64,000 bases of DNA. It comes from a virus. Shown here one piece after another: positions 48,891-59,554 of the stretch; positions within the stretch are counted from its first letter, which is position 1, and every line of letters begins with the position of its first letter. Below the pieces are notes generated by a model, which was not told the DNA's origin, searched no databases, and worked only from the letters and a program-made list of their open reading frames with translations. The position numbers and the translations under genes were made by a program. The stretch spans positions 1 through 64,000 of the IMG/VR virus record IMGVR_UViG_3300041411_000074, one strand, 5' to 3'.

Positions 48891-49733
48891 ATGGAAATTA
48901 AAGCTTACGCCTGTAAACACTGTGAATCAATCTACAAGACAGCGCAGAAAGCATCTGCCTGTGAAAAGAAATGTGTAGCCCGTATTGCAGAGGAGAAGAC
49001 TGAGGAGGAACGTCAGGCAAACCTTCAAACTCTTGTGAATTACGTTCGTCTGAACGCAGAGTCTATAGAAGATATCTGCCGAATGTCTGAGGAAGTAAGC
49101 CTCAAGTTGTTCCCCAAATCCTCTATCAAGAAGATGAAGCTTCGTGTTTCTTACGCACCACATGCTAGTAACTCTCATTCTGCACCTCTCGGTGAATTTG
49201 AGAATTGGGGACGCAAGGAAGGTAAACCTACGGGATACCCAGCACTTAGAGGTTCAATTACTGTAGTGTACAACAAGGAACCTAAAGGTTTTTCTTCAAG
49301 TACCTTCAATTCTCGTGATGGTATTTGTGGTATTCACACAGGGGATGGTGGCTATCGGTCAGGGGATGGTGGCTATACTGTGGGTTATGACGTAACCCTC
49401 TGGTTGTCTGATTTTCCTAAGATCAAAGCTGCAATTGAGGCTAAACAAAAAGAGATTGATAGTTATGAAATTTTTCGTTCCAAACTTTCTGGCGAATACA
49501 TCGACCAAGTGAGCGCAGATGCTGAGATTAATGCTGCCAAGTCCAATATCGAAGACTTTGAAGATGAAATCCGAAAACTACGTGAGCTGATCGCTTGTGA
49601 GCAAGGTATTATCAAGGACAAAAAAGAAAACTACTCAACCCCTAAACAAGAAATTCTTGACAAAGAGTATGAGAAGACTTCTAATGATTTTGGTCTGAGT
49701 CGTGGTCAGCAATCATTGACAAGCATCTGGTAA
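48891..49733 (+). CDS. Hypothetical protein (N-terminal CxxC, C-terminal coiled coil)
   Basis: Start MEIKAYACKHC behind SD GAGG. Confidence 0.7.
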   Translation: MEIKAYACKHCESIYKTAQKASACEKKCVARIAEEKTEEERQANLQTLVNYVRLNAESIEDICRMSEEVSLKLFPKSSIKKMKLRVSYAPHASNSHSAPLGEFENWGRKEGKPTGYPALRGSITVVYNKEPKGFSSSTFNSRDGICGIHTGDGGYRSGDGGYTVGYDVTLWLSDFPKIKAAIEAKQKEIDSYEIFRSKLSGEYIDQVSADAEINAAKSNIEDFEDEIRKLRELIACEQGIIKDKKENYSTPKQEILDKEYEKTSNDFGLSRGQQSLTSIW

Positions 49734-50878
49734 AACCTCTTGACCCCTCACAAACAATGTGACAAGATACTGTGACTGAAGCGCTTACGAGTAAGCTAAT
49801 GTAAGCAAATAAATTTGACTAATTATTAATGTAATGCTATGCAGCGAAAGCTATTCGAAGAGTGGCGGCTGTGGGAGAGATGGGATGATTTCAGGATATG
49901 TGTTAGCAAGGCAAACTGCTGTAGAAATGCCTAATGGTGCTCGTAGTGAGCTAGGTTATACACTTTTGGATGGTGTTGGCGTATTTCACTCTATTGAAGA
50001 GGTGTACGAAGTGATCAAGGACTTGAACTTACCTCTTGGCTGGGTAGCTATGTCGGTGGACCAACTTCTTCCGGGTTATATGCTTCCAAAGGAGAATAAA
50101 TAATGAGAGTATGTCAGTCAATTCAAGAGCTTCTTGATGAAGAGCTAAGCCAAATGTGGGAAGGTTTGGACTATGAAGGTCTGAATGTGGAAGCTACGAA
50201 AGAGTGGTTTGCAGGGACAGATATTTTTATTCAGATTCTTGATAAACTTAAAGAAGAAAATAAGCACCTATCATGATTGATGAACATATGCAGCAATTAA
50301 TTGAGATGGAAAAATAAATTGAATGGGTGGGAGGAATAAGTGATGAATTGCAAATGGAGACATGTTGACCTAGGCTGGCGGTGTGGTACAATCTACGAAA
50401 TGTGTGATGAAGCTGTTCAGGTTGCGAAATTGTTGAACACACAAGTATCATTTACTTTCAACGGTGTTCGTGTTAATGTCAGCAACCAAAGTGATGTTGA
50501 AGGTGTTTCTTTTCAAGCAATGGAAGCTGTAAAGAATAAAACTGATGCAGTCTTTGGGAAGGGGTGTCACTAATGGCTATGATTAATATCACTAAAGATT
50601 ATCGCAAGTATTCTAGTGAAGAACTTCGGTCACTTGCATATTCAGGCTTGCTTGAGTGTAACGGGTATGATCTTGACTCGTTCCTTGAATACATCTTTCA
50701 GGACATGCACAGCGAACAAGACTTGAAAGAAGCCTTAGAGGAAGGTAAGAAGGAAGCACTTGACAGTGAAATTAGTATTTGTTCAGAATGTGAAGAAGAG
50801 ATTTATGGCTGAACATCCTTGCTATTCTTGAAGCAATTTGATTAATATTCTTTGCAGGGTGTTGGAGGGGAGAAGAGC

Positions 50879-52636
50879 GTGAGTAACAAATACGGCATTG
50901 ATACATCCCATGAACACAAGACAGGATGTCCAAGGTGTATTCGAAAAGGTGAGGACAGGTCCAAGAATAATTTGCACGTCTATGGAGAAGGTAAGGGAGC
51001 TTTCTGTTGGGCGTGTGAGTTTACTATTCCAAGTGATGAGTGGCTTGCCGAACATGGCGAAATTAAAGATGAAGAAGAGGAGTTTGATTACATGGGTTCT
51101 GAGTTTAACCAAGAGATTCACAATAAATTGAAAGAAAACACGTCAGTAGACCCTAAAGGTTGGAGGGGTCTACGCCGTGATACTTGTGCCTACTTTGGTG
51201 TTCGTCACTCCTTCAACACTGAAACAGGTGAGATTGAAAAACAATATTATCCAACTACCCAGAACTACGAGTTGTCGGGTTATAAGGTTAGGCATGAACC
51301 AAAGGATTTTGGGGCAATTGGCATCACTGGTAAACAATGTGAATTATTTGGACAATTCCGGTTTCAGGATGGCAAGGGCAAATATATTCTGTTGGTAGCT
51401 GGCGAAATCGACGCCTTGAGTGCCTACCAGCTCCTTGGTGATTATCAGAAATCCAAAGGCTTTGAACCTATTCCTGTAGTTTCTAGTACTATTGGTGAAG
51501 GAGGAAGTGCCAAACAGGTGCAACAGCAGTATGCATTTCTGGACCAATGGGAGCGAGTCCATATTTGTTATGACAACGATAAAGCTGGCAAGGAGGCTGC
51601 TGAGAAAGTGGCTAAAGTTTTGCCTAAAGGTAAAGCATTTATTGTCAACCTAAGCTTGAAAGATTGTAATGAGTATCTTGTGGCAGGGAAGAGTAAGGAA
51701 TTTATCAAAGCTTTCTATGATGCCAAGGGCTATACCCCGAACGGTATTGTTGGTAGTGGTGAGCTTTACCAAAAAATCCTTGATGAGGTGGAAGCTGACA
51801 AAATCCCTTTTCCACCATTTATGAAAAAGCTCAATGAAATGACTGCTGGTGGTCTGAGCTTGGGGAAGCTGTGTAACATCGGCGCCGCCACAGGATTAGG
51901 GAAGACAGTTTATGTGGACTCAATTATTTACCATCTTATTTTCAACAGTCCATACCGTGTTGGTGTGGTGAGTATGGAACTTAACAGTGGTCAGTATGGT
52001 CTATCTATGTTGTCTCGACATGTTGGTCGGAAGATTGCCAACATTCAGGATAAGGAAGAGCGTAGTAACTATTTGAAGAGTGATTACGTCCAAGAGAAGC
52101 AAAAGGAGTTGTTCTTTAAAGCGGACGGCTCACACCGTTGGCACTTGGTCGATGATCGGGATGGTTCAATCGAGGATATGAAATCTCTCGTTGAACAGTT
52201 GGTTATTAGCTGCGAGTGTAAGGTAATTGTACTTGATCCATTGCAAGACATTCTGGATGGTATGAGCAACGAAGATCAAGCTTTGTTCCTGAAGTGGCAG
52301 AAAGGTTTGATTAAGAGCCACAACATGAGTTTCATTAACATCAATCATGTCCGAAAAAGTGGCAATTCTTCGCAATCAAACTCTAACGGCGGGATGATTA
52401 CCGAAGAGGATTTTGCTGGCTCAAGTACAATTATGAAATCTGCTGCACTGAATATTCTCCTAGTGAGAGACAAGATGAATGAAGACCCTGTGATCCGCAA
52501 CACTACCCGAGCTTTTCTTAGTAAGAATCGGGATAATGGTATTACAGGCCCAGCAGGTTCATATTACTACAATAATGAAACCCACCAACTTCAAGATTTT
52601 GATGAATGGTTAGAGGAAAATCCACAGGAGTTTTAA
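50879..52636 (+). CDS. T7-type primase-helicase
   Basis: CPRC...CWAC zinc ribbon, TOPRIM (AGEIDA, YDND.AG, KDCNE), Walker A AATGLGKT, VLDP, HVRK, SKNR..G.TG. Confidence 0.95.
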   Translation: MSNKYGIDTSHEHKTGCPRCIRKGEDRSKNNLHVYGEGKGAFCWACEFTIPSDEWLAEHGEIKDEEEEFDYMGSEFNQEIHNKLKENTSVDPKGWRGLRRDTCAYFGVRHSFNTETGEIEKQYYPTTQNYELSGYKVRHEPKDFGAIGITGKQCELFGQFRFQDGKGKYILLVAGEIDALSAYQLLGDYQKSKGFEPIPVVSSTIGEGGSAKQVQQQYAFLDQWERVHICYDNDKAGKEAAEKVAKVLPKGKAFIVNLSLKDCNEYLVAGKSKEFIKAFYDAKGYTPNGIVGSGELYQKILDEVEADKIPFPPFMKKLNEMTAGGLSLGKLCNIGAATGLGKTVYVDSIIYHLIFNSPYRVGVVSMELNSGQYGLSMLSRHVGRKIANIQDKEERSNYLKSDYVQEKQKELFFKADGSHRWHLVDDRDGSIEDMKSLVEQLVISCECKVIVLDPLQDILDGMSNEDQALFLKWQKGLIKSHNMSFININHVRKSGNSSQSNSNGGMITEEDFAGSSTIMKSAALNILLVRDKMNEDPVIRNTTRAFLSKNRDNGITGPAGSYYYNNETHQLQDFDEWLEENPQEF

Positions 52637-53719
52637 ATGGCAATTAAGTATTTAGAAATTGGCCAAGTATTAGAAAATAAACAAGGTGAGAAGTATGTAA
52701 TTGAAGGTCTTGACCACTGTAAATCAGTTAAGGTTAGATTCCTCTCTAATAATTCTGTAAAATACACTACTGCAAATTATGCTTATCGTGGCATCGTCCG
52801 CATGGAAAGGGTTCTTGTCGGTGAACAATATTTGGATAAGAATGGGGAAACAATTACTGTAGTTGGCAAGACTAAACAAGATGATATTACAATCCAATGG
52901 GATGATGGCGAAACGCGCTCGACAAATGCCTATAGGATTGAGAATAGGCTTGTGATTCGGACCAATGACAATAAGCATGTTAATCCAACCGTAAAAGTTG
53001 GGCAAATATACGTTAATCGCCAAGGTTCAGAAATCAAGGTTCTTGAATACGAAAATTCAACCAAGATTTTAGTGGAGATTGGCGAAAGAAAGTACCAGCA
53101 ATATGTACACGCAGGGAATCTGATATCACTAAATGTACATGACAAGTATGCACCATCTGTTGCAGGTAAAGGTATTTTTGGAGATGCAGAAGTTGATGTC
53201 AAATCTCAAGTCTATACTTCTTGGGCTGGGATGTTAAAACGCTGCTATACTTTTTATGATGATAAACCAAGGGCAAGAATCAACTATGAAGGCTGTGAAG
53301 TCAGGGAAGATTTTCTGTATCTTCCAGATTACATGGCTTGGTATGAGAAACAAATTGTTCAGCCAAAGTGGCATCTTGACAAAGATCTTTTGGTTCCCGG
53401 TAATAAGATCTACAGCCCCGATACGTGTGTGTTTTTACCAAGAGCTTTGAATACGTTCTTAACAGTCAGGGGTAATGAACGCGGACCATATCCAATCGGC
53501 GTTACTTACCATGAACGTCTAGGGAAATATGAGGCTTGCTGTAATCGGGATGGTAAGAGTGTTTATCTTGGGCTTTATTTAAATCCTGAAGATGCCTTTG
53601 AAGCTTACAAGAAAGAGAAGGAATCTTACGCGAAAGATCTTGCAAAGCGTTGGGAAGGGGTGATAGACTCTCGGGCTTGTGAAGCACTGATGAATTATAG
53701 GGTTTTAATTACCGATTAG
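52637..53719 (+). CDS. HNH-like (LDKD variant) homing endonuclease with N-terminal repeats and AP2-like C-terminus
   Basis: Three G..Y....G repeats; WAGMLKRCY, HLDKDLLVPGNKIYSPDTC, YLGLY..PEDAF. Sits between helicase and polymerase. Confidence 0.8.
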   Translation: MAIKYLEIGQVLENKQGEKYVIEGLDHCKSVKVRFLSNNSVKYTTANYAYRGIVRMERVLVGEQYLDKNGETITVVGKTKQDDITIQWDDGETRSTNAYRIENRLVIRTNDNKHVNPTVKVGQIYVNRQGSEIKVLEYENSTKILVEIGERKYQQYVHAGNLISLNVHDKYAPSVAGKGIFGDAEVDVKSQVYTSWAGMLKRCYTFYDDKPRARINYEGCEVREDFLYLPDYMAWYEKQIVQPKWHLDKDLLVPGNKIYSPDTCVFLPRALNTFLTVRGNERGPYPIGVTYHERLGKYEACCNRDGKSVYLGLYLNPEDAFEAYKKEKESYAKDLAKRWEGVIDSRACEALMNYRVLITD

Positions 53720-53728
53720 GAGTAACAA

Positions 53729-55840
53729 ATGCTAGGCGAAAATGAGATTATTCTGGACATTGAGGCAGATGGATTTATTTTTGAATCCACGAAGGTTTGG
53801 ACTGTATGTGCAACAAACATCCAAAGTGGTGAAAAGATTAAGGTAAATCCCTTTAAAGATGAATCTGCCAAGAGTCAGCTAATCTCATTCATCTTTAAAA
53901 AACCTAATCCAACTATTGGCTTTCACTTCGGTCTGGGCTATGACATGTTCGTTCTTCAGAACTTGTTGGATATTAAGTTCACAGTTGGTAAAGACACAAT
54001 TGAAGGTCAACCTGTTCAGTTTGTCGATACACTTTATTTGAGTATGTTCCTCAATCCTGATCGTATCGGACATAGTGTTGAAGCCTTTGGTGAAGTTCTC
54101 GGATTGCCTAAAATTGATTGGCGAGAAAAAGCAATTGAACTGGGACTAATTGAACGTAACGCACCAAAAGGTGCTGAGTTTATGCAGTGGCATCCAGAAA
54201 TGGACGTGTACTGTGAACGTGACGTTGATGTAAACGTAATGTTGTATCAATATCTTCAAAAGGAATGGCAGGAGGTTTACGGGAAACCTTTCAGCATTAC
54301 TGATGCTTACAAATGTGGACAGAAGTCTTTCTATTTAATGTCTTGTCAGGAACTTACAGGATTTAAGTTTGATGTTGAAGGTGGTATTAAGCTTAAGGAA
54401 CGGATTGGTGTAATGATGGAAGAGATCCGGGCAGAGGTAGAGCCTAAACTTCCTCCTCGTGCATTGAAGAAGTCCGAAGAAAAGTATTACAGTATGCCCG
54501 CTAAGCCATGGAAAAAATCAGGAGACTTCTCGTCGTCTTGGGAAAAGTTTGTAGAAAAGCACAATGGTGTTTTAGATACCAACACAGGTTTGTGGGACTT
54601 CTATGGTGAAAAGTATCCAGTAGTGGCAGGAGCTATGCTGAATATTAAGTTGCCAATGGAGATGGCTAACCAAGATCAGATGAAAGATTGGTTTCTTGAA
54701 CAGGGTTGGAAACCTTCGCTGTGGAATTTCCAACGTGGGCCTGATGGTAAGCCAATGCGAGATCCTAAGACACGCCAACTTATCCAAACAAGTCCTAAGA
54801 TTCAGGAACAGGGTAAGATTTGCCCCAATCTCATGAAGTTGGAAGGTGATATTGTTAAACAAGTTGTGAAGTGGCTGAGCTTGCGTAACCGACAATCTGT
54901 ATTGGAGGGCTGGCTTACAAATGATCGCCTGCAAATGGATGGGCGTATTGGTGCAGGGCGTACAGGTATTGCTGCGACACATCGCCAAAAGCATCGTACT
55001 TGCGTAAACGTCCCGAAGGCTTCTGAGAAGGTTTTGCTTGGCAAAGAGTTCCGTTCTCTGTGGATTTCGGGAGATGGGATGCTTATTGCTGCCGGGGATG
55101 CCGCTGCGTTAGAGGGACGAGTTCAGGGGCACTATTGCTATAAATATGATGATGGAGCAACGGCTGAAGAATTGTTGAAAGGCGATGTGCACAGTAAGAA
55201 TGCGTTTGCTTTCTTTGGACATGAATCTGAAATCCAACAATTTGATTTGCACAGCCCTGACTTTAATAAAGAACATCCTAAATTCAAGCCTTTCCGAGAT
55301 AAGAGTAAAAACGGATATTATGCCTGTATGTATGGCTGTGCTGGCCCTAAATTAGCCAGTACATTAGGCTTGCCAGTTAAGATGGGAAATGATAAACTTG
55401 AGGCATTCTGGGATGCTAATCCAGCCACTAAGGCACTCAAAGAGAACCTAGAAAAGTATTGGACAAGTACAGGACGTGAGAAGTATCTTCCTGCGATTGA
55501 TGGCCGTATGCTTTGCACTCGCAAGAAGTCTGCACTGCTTAATACAATTTTCCAAAGTTGTGGTGGTATTTCAATGGATTATGCGCTATGCTTTATGGAC
55601 GCTTGGCTTGGTGGTTTGAAGTGGAAAGATCGTAAACCTTACTACATCTACAAAGGTCATGTAGTGATGCGTGTTTGCTATCAACACGATGAGGTAGAAT
55701 TTGAGTGTGAGGAAGAAATTGCAGAGGAAATTTCTCGAATGATTGAAAAAGCTATTGAAAAAGCTGGACTCTATTTGAAACTTAAAGTACCATTAGCGGG
55801 CGAAGGCAAGACGGGAAAATCGTGGTGCGAAGTGCATTGA
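53729..55840 (+). CDS. Family A DNA polymerase with 3'-5' exonuclease
   Basis: ExoI DIEAD, ExoII YD, ExoIII YCERD; motif A DAAALEGR, motif B RDKSKNGYYACMYG, motif C HDE. Confidence 0.95.
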   Translation: MLGENEIILDIEADGFIFESTKVWTVCATNIQSGEKIKVNPFKDESAKSQLISFIFKKPNPTIGFHFGLGYDMFVLQNLLDIKFTVGKDTIEGQPVQFVDTLYLSMFLNPDRIGHSVEAFGEVLGLPKIDWREKAIELGLIERNAPKGAEFMQWHPEMDVYCERDVDVNVMLYQYLQKEWQEVYGKPFSITDAYKCGQKSFYLMSCQELTGFKFDVEGGIKLKERIGVMMEEIRAEVEPKLPPRALKKSEEKYYSMPAKPWKKSGDFSSSWEKFVEKHNGVLDTNTGLWDFYGEKYPVVAGAMLNIKLPMEMANQDQMKDWFLEQGWKPSLWNFQRGPDGKPMRDPKTRQLIQTSPKIQEQGKICPNLMKLEGDIVKQVVKWLSLRNRQSVLEGWLTNDRLQMDGRIGAGRTGIAATHRQKHRTCVNVPKASEKVLLGKEFRSLWISGDGMLIAAGDAAALEGRVQGHYCYKYDDGATAEELLKGDVHSKNAFAFFGHESEIQQFDLHSPDFNKEHPKFKPFRDKSKNGYYACMYGCAGPKLASTLGLPVKMGNDKLEAFWDANPATKALKENLEKYWTSTGREKYLPAIDGRMLCTRKKSALLNTIFQSCGGISMDYALCFMDAWLGGLKWKDRKPYYIYKGHVVMRVCYQHDEVEFECEEEIAEEISRMIEKAIEKAGLYLKLKVPLAGEGKTGKSWCEVH

Positions 55841-55930
55841 TCTGGAAAAGAAATTGAAAATACCGCTGTACAAACCCAATAAATCATGCGAGAATAGATA
55901 GTACAAATTAAATTGTAAAGGAGAGAAATA

Positions 55931-56314
55931 ATGAAATTTAAAAGTGGCGACAAGGTTGTACGGATTAAGTCTGATTGGGATGTGGTTCGTGTTGGTGGAG
56001 TTTATATTGTTCGATATCAGGAGACTGATGGTGTATACTTGAGTGATCTGCAAGGTAAGGTACTTGTAGGCTGTTATGATCCGGCATACTTTCAGCTTCT
56101 TGTAGAAGTGTCAGCTACGCCAGTAACACCAAACTACGCAGCAGCCTTCAATACTTGGATGGACGACTATGTGAACAATCCACAAGCATACGAGAATTCC
56201 CATGAAAGTGCAGTACGCCATTTGAAAGAGAAGCTTAATGGTGAAGAGCCGTCTTATGGTGAAGTTTGTGCAGAAGTGCTTGTAAATTATATTAATAAAT
56301 TGGAGAATAAATAA
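55931..56314 (+). CDS. Hypothetical protein
   Basis: SD AGGAGAG; FKSGDKVVR start. Confidence 0.65.
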   Translation: MKFKSGDKVVRIKSDWDVVRVGGVYIVRYQETDGVYLSDLQGKVLVGCYDPAYFQLLVEVSATPVTPNYAAAFNTWMDDYVNNPQAYENSHESAVRHLKEKLNGEEPSYGEVCAEVLVNYINKLENK

Positions 56315-56766
56315 TGAAAACTATCTATACCTATCTCGTAGCAGATGACAGCAACGTATATGCTGAAACAAATACACGCGAAGATGCAAGGAATTACTTG
56401 CGTGATATTAAAGCAACAGGTAATAAAGCTGTTAAGATATTCCGTGAAGAATACGTTCGTATTGCTTATACACAGGTACGTTAACATGGGAAAGATTACC
56501 ATACGTGAAACAAGCTCTGTTGATAACGGAACTTCCTCTTCACACTCAGAAGTAGAGTATATCTTTGAGGATAGCTCGGATTACTTCGCTTGGAGTGAGC
56601 AGAAAGCAGAAGCTATTAACAACGCTGTTAAAGCTTATGTTGGTGGCTTGGATTTTGGTAGTGCATTTGAAACACCACTTGAGGAAGAGTCAGCAGATAA
56701 CGTGACAGAGATTAAAGTGGCTAAGAAGATTAAAGAGCCGACTAAGCATTAATTAAGGAGAAATGT

Positions 56767-57108
56767 GTGTTTAATTATAGTCCTGATGAAACAAAGATTT
56801 TGATTGATGGGAAGAAGATTGAAGGCTTGGCTAACAAGTTTCTGACTAACGCAAGCGGACGAGGCTTTACGCTCACCCTACATGGTGGTAGTCAGTGGCA
56901 TAAATATCTTGACGGTCTTGTGTTCAGCAAGTACAGTAAAACTGTTAATGTATCTGTGGAAATTGCTTTGACTGATGAAGACGTGCAGTCCGACTTGTTC
57001 GATATTAAAGGTGACTTTATTTTGGTCAGTTGGAGTTACAATCTTAGTTCGGAAACTTTCCCAGAAGTAAGTTATAGCTTTGTGCATAACAGTCCAATCT
57101 ATAGTTAA
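56767..57108 (+). CDS. Small protein resembling the myophage tail-tube (DUF3277-type) N-terminus
   Basis: NYSPDETKILIDGKKIEGLA...FTLTLHGGS....L; SD AAGGAG. Confidence 0.5.
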   Translation: MFNYSPDETKILIDGKKIEGLANKFLTNASGRGFTLTLHGGSQWHKYLDGLVFSKYSKTVNVSVEIALTDEDVQSDLFDIKGDFILVSWSYNLSSETFPEVSYSFVHNSPIYS

Positions 57109-57187
57109 AAAGAATTTGTCGAAAGACAGATACATCCTCACAATAATGTGAACATGTAAATATACACAACTTAATAGAGAAAATTAA

Positions 57188-57886
57188 ATGACTAACAAAA
57201 CAGAAGTAATTGTACGTGACTTACCTAAATCGGGCACTCTGGAGACAGCTAACGTTTATATCAAGAATGCTGTAGTTTACTATGCAGCAGTACATGAACC
57301 AAAGCTTAAATATCAATCTGTAGACAAAGAGTTTAGTGCAACAGTCTTCGTAGATGAAGAAGCCAAGGATCGTTTGCTGGACGAAGTAATGGTTAACAAA
57401 TCCTTCTCCCAAGTAGGCATCACCAAAACTAGCAAGCCACCTCGGAAGATCAAGTTTGCCTTGTCTTCGCAAGTTGAAGAAGGTAAAGCTAATTATGATC
57501 TGGTAGATGGTTTGTGGGGATTTAACATTGCCAAGCCTGAGTTTAGTAAGAAGGGTTTGCCGATGAACGTCAACGTGATTGATGCAGAAGGTAATGCGTT
57601 CACTGAGAACGTGGGCAATGGCTCGGTAGTTAACCTGAAGTTGTTCGGATATAAGAATCAGGACGGTCAACTCACTGTTACATTGGACACTGTTCAAGTA
57701 GTAGAGCACGTAGCTTATGAAGGCAAAGGTTCGTCTGATTCGGTTGATGATGATGTCTTGGGTGTTAGTTATAAGGTGAAGAAGACTGAGGCTAAGCCTG
57801 CTGAAGAGGAAGTTCCAGCACCGAAGGTCAAGGCTGCTCCGCAACCTGAACCAGAGGACGAAGAACTGGGTGACTTGCCTTTTTGA
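57188..57886 (+). CDS. Single-stranded DNA-binding protein (T7 gp2.5-like)
   Basis: VGNGSVVN, TVQVVEHVAY, acidic tail ending DLPF; between polymerase and exonuclease. Confidence 0.8.
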   Translation: MTNKTEVIVRDLPKSGTLETANVYIKNAVVYYAAVHEPKLKYQSVDKEFSATVFVDEEAKDRLLDEVMVNKSFSQVGITKTSKPPRKIKFALSSQVEEGKANYDLVDGLWGFNIAKPEFSKKGLPMNVNVIDAEGNAFTENVGNGSVVNLKLFGYKNQDGQLTVTLDTVQVVEHVAYEGKGSSDSVDDDVLGVSYKVKKTEAKPAEEEVPAPKVKAAPQPEPEDEELGDLPF

Positions 57887-57951
57887 TCTAAGGAATTCTG
57901 CACAAGGATGTGCAACCATTTAAAACAAATTAATTTAGTAGGAGAAATAAT

Positions 57952-58200
57952 ATGAAAGAGCGTCAATCCCTCTACAGCCGTGCGTATCAATTGGCTCAAG
58001 AAGCAATCACCAATAAAGAAGATGTAAAAGAACTTGCTGGTGAATTTACATACGATAAAGAATATAACACTGACGGCTTTGATAAAGTCGAAGTAAAGAA
58101 TATTGTTAAAGCAGCACAAGCAAAAGCCAAGCAAGACAATCTTGCAGAGAAGGTTGAAGAACTGAATAAACTTCAACAGATTCAAGAAGCTTATAGCTGA
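57952..58200 (+). CDS. Small helical protein, GapR/T4-DsbA-like DNA-binding candidate
   Basis: KEDVKEL....GFDK..VK.IVK pattern. Confidence 0.5.
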   Translation: MKERQSLYSRAYQLAQEAITNKEDVKELAGEFTYDKEYNTDGFDKVEVKNIVKAAQAKAKQDNLAEKVEELNKLQQIQEAYS

Positions 58201-58216
58201 GCAATTAAGTTCAAAT

Positions 58217-58243
58217 AGCCGGTGAAATATCCGGCTTTCTTTT
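58217..58243 (+). terminator. Rho-independent terminator
   Basis: AGCCGG-TGAAATAT-CCGGCT-TTCTTTT. Confidence 0.7.
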
Positions 58244-58555
58244 ACCAACGGAGTATTATTATGGGTGTCGAGTATTCAGCACGGATTCTTGTTGGACTTC
58301 CCCACGAAGATCTTGAAGAATTCTTACAGGATGTAGAAGATCATTATGATGTGGGGTTGTATGTTTGCAGTCCGTATTACGATGCAAGCTATGGAGATTC
58401 CTTGTTTGGTGTTCTTGTAGAGCACTGTGATGATTTTAGTTATACAGAAATTGATGAGTTTAATTGGTCAGAGAAAGTCTGTAAAGCACATCAAGAGTTT
58501 ACAAAGATCACTGGTAAGAAGGGTGTGCTGTTCCTCTCTACTTACGGGAGTTGAA

Positions 58556-59554
58556 ATGACAAAACTAACATCAATAATTGACCTAGATTACGTAAAGTAC
58601 GCTTCTGCATCAGTTGGTGAAAAACGTTCTATTGTTGTCACACACAAAGCTTCGGGACGTGAAAAGGAGTTTTCCACTAGAACTGAATTCTACGGACGGG
58701 ATAAAGCAAAATCCGGTGGATGGCTTGGGGAACTAAACGCTAAACGTGAAAGTCCATTTACTGTAGATGAGTTTGATATTATTGATCGTCAAGTTGCTGA
58801 GCCAGTTGATCACGTATTGCAAATTGCAAAGACTCAAGTTGAAGGTGATCTAAAAAGACTTGGTACAAATAAATACAAAGCTTTCTTGGGCAAGGGTGAT
58901 AGCTTTCGTGTTGAACTGTCTACACTGAAGAAGTATAAAGATAATCGAAAAGATATGCTTCGCCCCTTGCACATGGATGCAGTTACAGAGTATCTTGAAC
59001 GTAAGTTTAAAGCTGAGATTGTCACAGGGATTGAGGCTGATGATCGTTGTGTAATTGAAGCTTACAATAATCCTAATGCTGTGATTCAGGGGTTAGATAA
59101 AGATTACTATGGACAACCCGTCAAGTTCTTTAACGTCAATCGACCAGAAGAAGGTATTCAAGACTGCAATCAGTTTGGTAGCTTGTGGTTAGATGATAAA
59201 GGAGATGTTCGTGGCATTGGACGTATGCACCTTTATTGGCAAGTAGGTAGTAATGATACATCCGATAACTATGCTGCAAACTGCTTCTCAGACATTAAAT
59301 GGGCAGGAAAATCAGCCTATAAAAGCTTAGTAGAAGCTAAGACAGACAGTGAGGCATGGGAGAAGCTTAAAGAGGTTTTCCAGCATCTTTACCCCGAAGA
59401 TAAGACTGTTTTAGGCTGGAGAAATGACTCTATCAACATCACTTGGGATTATGTTTTGAATGAATGCTTCATGATGGCTAGGATGTTGAAGGTTGAAGGT
59501 GAAAATATTAATGCTTATGATGTGATGGATAAATTGGGTGTAAGTTATGCTTAA
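58556..59554 (+). CDS. 5'-3' exonuclease (T7 gp6/RNase H-like)
   Basis: IDLD, FR...YK.NR, IEADD, DKD, DTSDN acidic clusters; start MTKLT. Confidence 0.88.
   Translation: MTKLTSIIDLDYVKYASASVGEKRSIVVTHKASGREKEFSTRTEFYGRDKAKSGGWLGELNAKRESPFTVDEFDIIDRQVAEPVDHVLQIAKTQVEGDLKRLGTNKYKAFLGKGDSFRVELSTLKKYKDNRKDMLRPLHMDAVTEYLERKFKAEIVTGIEADDRCVIEAYNNPNAVIQGLDKDYYGQPVKFFNVNRPEEGIQDCNQFGSLWLDDKGDVRGIGRMHLYWQVGSNDTSDNYAANCFSDIKWAGKSAYKSLVEAKTDSEAWEKLKEVFQHLYPEDKTVLGWRNDSINITWDYVLNECFMMARMLKVEGENINAYDVMDKLGVSYA

Noticed and set aside
50852-55840. Intron or intein in helicase, polymerase or terminase
   Set aside because: All are continuous ORFs of normal length; adjacent endonucleases are free-standing.
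57221-57919. 232-aa antisense ORF spanning the SSB gene
   Set aside because: Mirror frame of a codon-biased gene; no SD and no protein-like motifs.
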